Origin: Octopus bimaculoides
Lineage: Eukaryota
Direction: 5' to 3'
NCBI RefSeq assembly: GCF_001194135.2
Contig: NC_068987.1
Coordinates: 102,793,696-102,857,695, forward strand
DNA: 64,000 nucleotides
Shown: piece by piece, positions 55,146 through 64,000 of the stretch
Layout: every line of letters starts with the position of its first letter
Position numbering within the stretch: the first letter of the stretch is position 1
The notes under the pieces: model-generated
Database searches by the model: none
Told to the model about the DNA's origin: nothing
The model's input: only the letters and a program-made list of their open reading frames with translations
Translations under genes and position numbers: made by a program

Positions 55146-56025
55146 ATTTTTGATATGTTTGTGTGTATGTATCTATGCATGTATGGTTAATTCTTTGTTC
55201 TGAGCTCAAATACAATCAGTGCTTGTCATTTACATTCCTTCCGACGTGATAATTGGAAGCAAGTTACAGAAATAGAAATCAATGCAGCCCCAAGCGCAAG
55301 AGAAATGGATCAATTTTAGGAAGTTGAATATATCAACGGGAGTAAAACGGTAATCACATGATGTACAACATCAGAACAAACCTGGGAAATATTAACATCA
55401 CAGGAAGTCACCAAGATACAGTAAAATACAAATACGAAAACAAACTCGTTATCAGCTTGGGGCCATATGTTTGTTTCGTTCAACAAGAAAAGAGAAAAGA
55501 AAGTATACGGGTTTACTGCCTTTCATAAAGCCGGATTCCTTGGTATATAAGGAAGTTTGAATTTCCGTCAGCAATGTTTCATTTATTTTTTCTTCTTTAT
55601 ATTCTTTAACATCTTTTAATATTTCTCCAGCATTTCTCATTATTTATTTCTTTTGTTTTGAATTTATGTGCTTTCAGGGTTTATGTATTTCATATTTTTT
55701 ATTTGTATGCTCTGCGTTTTTACTATTGATATTTATATTTTCCATTTAATGCATTTTTTCCCATTTTTTTTTTGTGTTATTTATATTTACATTAAAAGCG
55801 TCCTATTTCTGTGTGTGATGTCATTGTGGTTTTAAATGTTTCACTTGGTATTAACTCCAACGTACTTCTAGAGAAGGGTTATTCTATCATCAGATATTAT
55901 TATATGCATATGTTTTGGTAGTCACGTTCTAAGCATGGAGTGTTGTCACAAAATATGCATGTAACTTATAAAATTTTCCACATGGAATATTAATTCCTTG
56001 ACTCCTTTTATTTGCAGCTCTCTGT

Positions 56026-56065
<40 letters not shown>

Positions 56066-56537
56066 TTTTAACTTTTAAATTTTCATATTCAAAAGAGACA
56101 GAGACTTCAAACTCGATATATGCTATATTGGTANNNNNNNNNNNNNNNNNNNNNNNNNNNNNNNNNNNNNNNNNNNNNNNNNNNNNNNNNNNNNNNNNNN
56201 NNNNNNNNNNNNNNNNNNNNNNNNNNNNNNNNNNNNNNNNNNNNNNNNNNNNNNNNNNNNNNNNNNNNNNNNNNNNNNNNNNNNNNNNNNNNNNNNNNNN
56301 NNNNNNNNNNNNNNNNNNNNNNNNNNNNNNNNNNNNNNNNNNNNNNNNNNNNNNNNNNNNNNNNNNNNNNNNNNNNNNNNNNNNNNNNNNNNNNNNNNNN
56401 NNNNNNNNNNNNNNNNNNNNNNNNNNNNNNNNNNNNNNNNNNNNNNNNNNNNNNNNNNNNNNNNNNNNNNNNNNNNNNNNNNNNNNNNNNNNNNNNNNNN
56501 NNNNNNNNNNNNNNNNNNNNNNNNNNNNNNNNNNNNN

Positions 56538-56590
<53 letters not shown>

Positions 56591-56755
56591 TACGACGGGC
56601 TTCTCTCAGTTTTCGTCTACCAAATTCACTCACAAGGCTTTGGTCGGCCCTAGACTACAGTAGAAGACACTTGCCCAACGTGCCACGCAGTGGGACTGAA
56701 CCCGGAACCATGTGGTTCGTAATCAAGCTATTTACCATACAGCCACTCCTGTGCC
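56591..56755 (-). mobile_element. SINE family B, full length
   Basis: Reverse complement of GGCACAGGAGTGGCTGTATGG...GGTTCAGTCCCACTGCGTGGCACGTTGGGCAAGTGTCTTC...GAAGCCCGTCGTA. Confidence 0.92.
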
Positions 56756-57253
56756 TATATATAATGCAATCATCATTTTTATCGAGTACCAGGTTATTCA
56801 AATTTAGCAAAATATATTCCACAAGCTCCACTTATCACAAGTATCTATTTCGAAATAAACAACATTCCTACATGTAACCTTCAGTGTTTTCTTTCTTTTT
56901 TTTTTTNNNNNNNNNNTTTTTTTTTTTTTTGTTATGTTGTTTTATTTAAGGTTTACTTCAGCTCAGAAGGGTGTCTACACCTTATTGAGAATTGAGCTTA
57001 CGATTATAAATTCGGTGTTTGCATTGCAAGGCCGGGTGGCACGGTGTGTTCTCCTGTATAACATTATATTTCAAATTGCTTCAGTCCCTCAAACTGCAAA
57101 TGTGTACTAGTAAACTCTGGTAGACTGGGTTAAATTTTCTATGGTCAGGCGTCCTGTACAGTTGTAGGGATTGTTGCAATTTTGATCACCATGGCAACTG
57201 AGACAGACTCAAGTCTAATGAGTCTTTGGGCTCGTGACAGACGTAAGATTTTA

Positions 57254-57481
57254 TTGGGCTGTCCGGAAAGTTCGTGCCGATTCATAGTACCTTAGCTTTC
57301 GACTTATTTGCCATGAAACCACCTCAATTCTGGGAAGAGGGTATTTTCAAGTTAAAGGAAAGATGGAGACGCACTGTGCAACAAAATGGTTCATATTTGG
57401 TTGATTAAAAATGTAATGGCAAGTATTTATTGACCTTTTTCTTTCTTTTAAAAATCAGCACGAACTTTCCGGACAACCCAA
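57254..57481 (+). mobile_element. Miniature mariner deletion derivative (228 bp)
   Basis: 29-bp TIRs (27/29) TTGGGCTGTCCGGAAAGTTCGTGCCGATT, TA on both sides; 57301-57408 encodes DLFAMKPPQFWEEGIFKLKERWRRTVQQNGSYLVD* (mariner C-terminus). Confidence 0.93.
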
Positions 57482-57716
57482 TAATTTATTAAATGTTATT
57501 TTTTTTTCCTGACTGCGTAGCGTGGTAGAGTACCGAGTATTAGAACAAAAGTTAGACTCACTGTATAATAGATAAAGAACTATGCACACAAACAGCGTTA
57601 ATGCATGGACTGCTCGTTAGTTAATGCATTAACTCTAGAACATTTTTGTCAATTGTTTTCAGTTTCCTTCGTTTTTAGTTTCATCCGATGATGAGAGATA
57701 TTGTGGCACTGATATA

Positions 57717-57927
57717 CAGGATGTCCACAAAGTCTGGCTACATGCGGATTAACACATACTTTAAGAAATTATTATTTTTTATATTTAATTGCTTAGGTTA
57801 TGATCTTATTTACTCCATGTACCAACATGGGATTAACACATACTTTAAGAAATTATTATTTCTTATATTTAATTGTTTATGTTATAATTTTATATACTCC
57901 ATGTACCCAGACTTTGTGGACACCCTG
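57717..57927. mobile_element. Tc1/mariner-type MITE with internal 84-bp tandem duplication
   Basis: TIRs CAGGATGTCCACAAAGTCTGGCTACATG / CATGTACCCAGACTTTGTGGACACCCTG, TA on both sides; units start at 57746 and 57830. Confidence 0.9.
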
Positions 57928-57961
57928 TATATTGATATATCTGCCCGGCTTCATTTATGCG

Positions 57962-58487
57962 ACACTTTTTCTTCTACTTCTTCTTCTACTTCTTCTTCCT
58001 CTTCTCCTCATCCTTCTTCTTCTTCTTCTTCTTCTTCTTCTTCTTCTTCTTCTTCTCCTCCTCCTTCTTCTTCTTCTTTTTCTCCTTCTTCTTCTTCTTT
58101 TTCTCCTCCTACTCCTTCTTCTCCTTCTTCTTTTTCTCCTTCTTCTTCTTCTTCTTCTTCTTCTTCTTCTCCTTCTTCTCCTTCTTCTCCTCCTCCTTCT
58201 TCTTCTTCTACTTCTTCTTCTTCTTCTTTTATTCTTCTCCTTCTTCTCCTTCTTCTTCTTACTTCTCCCCCTCCCCCTCCCCCTCCTTCTTCTTTCCTTC
58301 TTCTTCTTCTTCTCCTTCTTCTTCTTACTTCTCCTCCTCCTTCCCCTCCTTCTTCTTTCCTTCTTCTTCTTCTTCTTCTTCTTCTTTCCTACTTCTTCTT
58401 CTTCTCCTTCTTCTCCTTCTTCTTCTTGCTTCTCCTCCTCCTCCTCCCCTCCTTCTTCTTTCCTTCTTCTTCTTCTTCTTCTTCTTC

Positions 58488-58521
<34 letters not shown>

Positions 58522-58522
58522 C
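57962..58522. repeat. (TTC/CTC)n polypyrimidine tract followed by (TTA)n
   Basis: Direct reading. Confidence 0.96.
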
Positions 58523-58671
58523 ATAATTGTTACTTCTCTTTCAGTCCACGCCACATTGTTATGTCATCAAAGTAAAGAACCGATAAAGCACTGAATTGTA
58601 ATTTGCCGACATTTCCCCTACCTTCCTCCCTTCGCCTCTTTCAGGAACATCAATGATATTTATCATGCTGA

Positions 58672-59250
58672 AGATGCCAAGCTGGCACAATCGTTAAGCA
58701 CACCGAGGGAAATGCTTAGCGGCATTTTGTCGATCTTCAGGAATTGAAATTCCAGTGAGGTCCACTTTGCCTTTCATCTTTTCGGAGTCGATACAATAAG
58801 TACCAGCTGTGTACTAGGGTTAATGTGATCGACTCAACCCCGCTCCCGATATTGCTGGCCTTGTATTTAAAGTCAATATTACTGGCCCTGTGTAAATTAG
58901 AAAGGATTATTATAAGAATGATATATTAGCAGAGACGCCAGAACAGACTTTGCCTCTTATCCTTTGGAGGCCGATAAAATAAGTGCCAATTAAACACTGG
59001 CTTCGGTGCAATCGACTAGCCCCTCCCCTCAAATTTCAGGCCTTGTGACTATAGTAGAAATTATTATTAAAGACGCTGAGCTTGCAGAATCGTTAGGACA
59101 CGGGACAAAATCCGACGAGGTCAACTTTGCCATTCATCCTCTCGTTGTCGATAAATTAAGTACCAGTGAAACATTCGGACCAATGTAATCGATTAGTCTC
59201 TCCCCACAAATTTGAGGCCTTGTGCCTCCAGTACAAAAGATTATTATTGT
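58672..59250 (+). mobile_element. Three head-to-tail family A SINE copies
   Basis: The CTTTGCC body, the GGCCTTGTR motif and an ATTATTAT tail each recur three times (about 58672-58910, 58925-59068, 59070-59250). Confidence 0.8.
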
Positions 59251-59339
59251 CTGTTGTCCCCCTCATCTTCCGCCCACGTGACAAATAAATGAAATGATTA
59301 TCATTATTATTATTATTATCATTATTATGATTATTATTA

Positions 59340-59380
<41 letters not shown>

Positions 59381-60130
59381 GAGTAGTTTTATTTTTATAA
59401 CGTGCTTTCACTTCACTACCGAGCGCAGCTCTGTGTGCCTTGGGTATGTGCTGTGGTTTGTTGTGGTGCTCTTATGGTTATGTATTGAAAGTGTTTTGCG
59501 TAGGATGTGTGCAGTGCCCAGTAGTGCAATTTTCTGTATGTTATATATATTTGTAAGTCCTGGTGTTTTTGTTATGTATTTGTCTGAATATTTTGTTTAT
59601 TATNNNNNNNNNNNNNNNNNNNNNNNNNNNNNNNNNNNNNNNNNNNNNNNNNNNNNNNNNNNNNNNNNNNNNNNNNNNNNNNNNNNNNNNNNNNNNNNNN
59701 NNNNNNNNNNNNNNNNNNNNNNNNNNNNNNNNNNNNNNNNNNNNNNNNNNNNNNNNNNNNNNNNNNNNNNNNNNNNNNNNNNNNNNNNNNNNNNNNNNNN
59801 NNNNNNNNNNNNNNNNNNNNNNNNNNNNNNNNNNNNNNNNNNNNNNNNNNNNNNNNNNNNNNNNNNNNNNNNNNNNNNNNNNNNNNNNNNNNNNNNNNNN
59901 NNNNNNNNNNNNNNNNNNNNNNNNNNNNNNNNNNNNGGCATATCCCAGAATATGGTTGCTTTCTCGTTTTCTGCAACCTTTTCTGGCGTGTGTTTATACC
60001 ATCTTTTTTCTGTTGTTATTCCATAGTGTTAGCATAGCTTCCAGTGTATATAGGTCCCAGCTCTGTCGTGTCTGTGAATATATTCCTTCTTAGCCAGGAC
60101 TGGGCAGCCAGAGATAATATGATTTATTGT
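59381..60130 (-). mobile_element. 5'-truncated R4/Dong-like non-LTR retrotransposon (RLE type), inside a (TAA)n tract
   Basis: NHIISGCPVLAKKEYIHRHDRAGTYIHWKLC*HYGITTEKRWYKHTPEKVAENEKATIFWDM-[gap]-KYSDKYITKTPGLTNIYNIQKIALLGTAHILRKTLSI; (TTA)n at 59297-59380 and 60131-60205. Confidence 0.85.
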
Positions 60131-60138
60131 TATTATTA

Positions 60139-60205
<67 letters not shown>

Positions 60206-60465
60206 CATGACCGCCATACCGTAAAGTTACGGAAATTTGGAGCTTCGTAATTCGAAAAAGTATTTGTAATCTTTTCGGCCTTCTAAGGCCTCGTGTTTTC
60301 ATTTTATTGTCACCATTGCATTTCTAAAATTGTCTGGACTACGCAGATAGTATATTTGTATAGAAACACCCCTGATTTGCAGAAGAGCGCATCAATATTT
60401 TTTAAAATCTTAACAACTTTCGGGAAGAAAAATTATATTTTGCTCTATTCATTATTCAGTTAAAG

Positions 60466-61260
60466 ATGGCTGATAAAGAAGCCATCGACAAACGAACTCG
60501 TTCCTCGTCGGTTAAAAATTAACAAAAATGTCGAATGGCCTAAACTTAATGACGACACCGAGTCGAATACTGTTTCGTCTCTAAGCAACGTTAAAACTTT
60601 CAATGATGACAACGACGACAATAACAACAGCATAAGCAGCAGTGACAACAACAACAACATCAACAACAACAACAGCAACAACAACAGCAACAACAATACG
60701 AAAGAAATAAAATACAAAAACACGAATATTGCTTCCCCTTCTTTTGCCTTTGCAGAGAGAAATATGAAACATTTCTGCATAGGTGAAGAAAATTCAAAAA
60801 TAGCAAAGAAAATTGTAAACAGGAATAGAAGTGTAACTCTAAACCCTCAATCCGACGTGATAGAAAATATCTTATGACGCACTGTCACATACCGCTGTAT
60901 TGCAGTTAAGTCACGCTGAGTGGAAAATGCTTCTGAGAGCGAAATATATAAAAAGGCGTGTGTGGAACCAAATGACCCACATCGCCTGAGAAATGAAGTT
61001 TGGAACTATTGAGGTGAGATTTGGGATGAAAGAAGAAGCCAAGTGTAATTCCGTGACCATTTTGAGGAATGACACATTTTTCTTTATCCCCAGCTATCGT
61101 AGCCAATGCCTTGACAACTTTAGGGTGTGGAATGTGCCGCCAGAAATATCCATTACCTGGTTAGTGGCAGCCGTTTTGGCGGGCTTTCTCCCCTGCAATA
61201 GGGAAAAATAAACTACCTCTACTGCCAACACTACCAATACCACTGCTGCAGAAGCTGGAA
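60466..61260 (+). mobile_element. Probable ORF1 remnant of the adjacent L1/Tx1-like element
   Basis: Broken frames NVEWPKLND...PSFAFAERNM...RSVTLNPQ and FGTIEVRF...IPSYRSQCLDNFRVWNVPPEISITWLVAAVL, directly upstream of the RT fragment on the same strand. Confidence 0.45.
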
Positions 61261-61279
61261 AAATCAAGAGACCTCCTTT

Positions 61280-62895
61280 TAGAAATTGGACTCGGGAGAG
61301 CAGTGTCGTTGTGCGTGGACGTCACTGTCATGATGTCGGACACCCCTTTATTGGAGACGGTCGGCTCCACTGTAAGGGAATATGAGTCGGTTGCAGGGGC
61401 CAAAATCAACGCCGATAAGTCGGTGGGATTGCAACTGGGCACCTGGAGAGGCAGATCGATGCCATCGGGCGGCGTCGTCGTCGGGCCCTTGACTGACGGA
61501 GCAGTTCAACTGCTTGGGGCCTGGTTTGGTCAACACCTCCAGGTAGATAAGAATTGCGAAGAGGTGACGAAGAGGATGACAGAGAGGAAGTTGTCCCTGA
61601 ATGGTCTGGCAGAGTTGACGAATGTCTACATCGCTTCTACCGTCGTGCTTTGCTCCAGTTACTGCATGATTAGATTGGAGCGTATCCTGTTCGTTTTCTT
61701 ATGGAAGGGACGCGTTCTAATCATCGGGTGCTAGGTCTGCTGCCAACTCCCTCTGCATAGTGACTTAGGCATGCTGTGGCTTTGGATGTGCAGACACGCA
61801 CTCAAGGTGCGCCGTCTGCAACGATTTCTAGAAGGTGAAGTGGTGTGCGCTCCGTTTGTGAGACACGTCTTTCCACAACTCTTCTTGATGGAGCTGCTGT
61901 CCTGCGTAAAGGATAGGCCGTAACTGGGCGCCTGGCACTTCAAATGTCGTCAGGCGCTCACTGTCCTCTACAAGTCGGGCTATAGCATCGATGGATGTTC
62001 CACTTTAGCTATATACAGAGGATTAGTAGTGGGGAAGTGCGACGACATCCTCGGGGAGATTTTACGCGTCGACGAAGATGAACTGGCAAGTCTGTTCCGT
62101 AGGGATTTCCGGCCGGGGACTATCATGGTTAATTTCTAGATGTCTTTGACCTGGCATTGCTACCAGAGGGCGATACCGGTCCGAGATAAACTCTACAGGT
62201 ATAGATGTGCTATCAGACGGGCTTGTCCGAGGGGCTCGCAGAACAACGTAACCGTTTTTGTATTTACGCGTTCAGTGTCCGGGCATTGCTGACATGTAGA
62301 GTTATGTCGAGCAGCTGCTGTCGAGTGTGGGATGGATTCATCTGCCAGTCGAGTCCATAATGAGGATTGCCCCGCCGCCCTCCTTTAATCGAGCAGGCAA
62401 GGCAGTTTTCCTTTGGCTGGTGGCCGTGGCGAAAGAGGTTGTCTGATGGACGAGGCTGAAAAAAATGAGGACAGAAACATTCCTCTTTCATAAAGCTCTC
62501 ATCGACTTTTCCAAGTTTCACTTGAATCGGTGGGTGAGGGTGGAGACGGAGGTGTTGTGCTGTCTTCGAGTGAATTTATGAAAAGGTGGGTGAAAGTTGC
62601 GAAAATGTCTTAGTGTAAATCTGTGAGTCCAAAAAAAAAAGGTGTTGGAGAGAGCACTCGTCCTTGGTATTCAGGGTAACCTTGGATGGCAGGGTTTCTC
62701 GATTATCCCCATGGGTCTTCCTGTATCAGGGATATCCCATCACTATCATTTTCCCCTCTTCTAGTGTCGTATACTACATATACTGTTTATTTTATTTATT
62801 TATTTATTTGTCATTCCAACGTATGTAACCCCCACATTTTATGTCAGTCTTTGTATTGTCCCACTCATTCTTCATCTGGTGGCAAATAAAAGAAA
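61280..62895 (+). mobile_element. L1/Tx1-clade LINE: RT C-terminal half, zinc-finger region and 3' UTR
   Basis: CVDVTV (YADDVTV-like), YESVAGAKINADKSVGLQLGTWR, LLGAWFG, LERILFVFLWKG, CCQLPLHSDLGMLWL, PVRDKLYR; AATAAA at 62885-90, then a (TAC)(TAT)n tail. Confidence 0.88.
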
Positions 62896-62909
62896 TTACT
62901 ACTACTACT

Positions 62910-62963
<54 letters not shown>

Positions 62964-63617
62964 TACACAACTCAAGGCAATATTAACAGATCTATAGCTT
63001 CCAACAAGTGCCAGTACAAATGCAATTGAAATAAAACAATAGAAGGTGATAACAAATGTAGTAGAACTACACAAACAACAAGAGTAACAATGAAATCTCC
63101 CGCAAAGATGACACCAAAAATAACACTATAACAGCAACAACAATGGGCACTAACATTGCATTCTCTGGTATTTATAGTACAGTCTACTCGAAACCGTATC
63201 TAACCAATGCTAATTAACGACAGGCCAACAGTTTATTTTCCATAAAGCCTTTTGTTCACTTTCAAATAACATCTGTCATCTTCTTAACCTCAATTGCCAT
63301 AATTGGCACAACTGATTTCTCTACTATTCATTCAACTCTTCAGTTCTCCTATTGTGGTCAATTCTATTGAACGCAAAGTCTTCTATCAACTGCTGTCATT
63401 GTCCATTTCGGTATTCACCTTTATTTGAATAAAGCGCTTATTTTCGGCACGATGTTTCTCTATAAATCTTGTTAAATTAAACTTTCTATTTAAGGTCAAT
63501 GCGAAAGTTTTAAGTGTTACTGAATGTTTCACTCATCTTTCTCTTAATTTTATTATTCGAGTTTTACAAAAACACCTACACACATGCACACACACATATA
63601 TATACGCATAGATATGT

Positions 63618-63672
<55 letters not shown>

Positions 63673-63894
63673 TAGATATATATACGCATATATAAAAATG
63701 TATATATACATACACACACATATTCACACACATATATATACACACATACATAAATAGTTATATATATGTAATATATACATACATGATTACATGTATATAT
63801 ATTATGTATATATATTTGTTAGTGTAAGTGTGTATATATGTATGTGTATAGTCATACATAGATGTCTATATATATATATATATATGTATGTGTT

Positions 63895-63947
<53 letters not shown>

Positions 63948-64000
63948 CAACCGACACACGCGTATCTATATATGTGCAAGTAACGGAATGTATCTAACGT

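Larger units (their letters stand above)
52924..56023. repeat. Pair of ~100-bp direct repeats (52924-53021 and 55924-56023)
   Basis: ACGTTCTAAGCRTGGAGTGTTGTCACAAAATATGCATGTAAC...TTCCACATGGAATA.TAATTCCTTGACT; about 90% identical. Confidence 0.92.

Noticed and set aside
58662-58700. CTGAAGA-TGCCA(AGC)TGGCA on plus
   Set aside because: Chance overlap with a SINE head; followed by CAAT rather than GAAA, and no stem I
60262-60300. ACGA-GGCC(TTAGAA)GGCC-GAAA on minus
   Set aside because: The first three core bases are wrong and stems I and III do not form

Overview
Eukaryotic, very AT-rich, gene-poor, repeat-dominated window from a gapped short-read assembly (about 24 N-runs, many flanked by (TA)n). 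The tRNA-derived SINE families, dense di/tri/tetranucleotide microsatellites and LINE types point to an octopus genome, probably Octopus bimaculoides; this is inferred from repeat content, not proven. No intact host gene is recognisable, and nearly all ORF-track entries are artefacts of N-runs or microsatellites. Supported features: decayed retroelements (Penelope-like RT-thumb and GIY-YIG fragments, two RTE, two CR1-like, one R4/Dong-like, one L1/Tx1-like), a mariner transposase relic, several TA-flanked mariner-type MITEs, a probable Merlin-type MITE with 8-bp TSDs and a telomere-like core, a 5S rRNA-derived segment, and many SINEs of four families. The most interesting signal is a set of minimal type-I hammerhead ribozyme motifs, all found on the minus strand. 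One has a canonical core (37432-37474) and one, just downstream of a Penelope endonuclease ORF, has a U3:A8 compensatory core (54456-54498); several decayed relatives are also present. Hammerheads in Penelope-like elements are an established association, so these are candidate new instances or variants rather than a proven new system. Coordinates were read by eye; the edges of decayed repeats are approximate.
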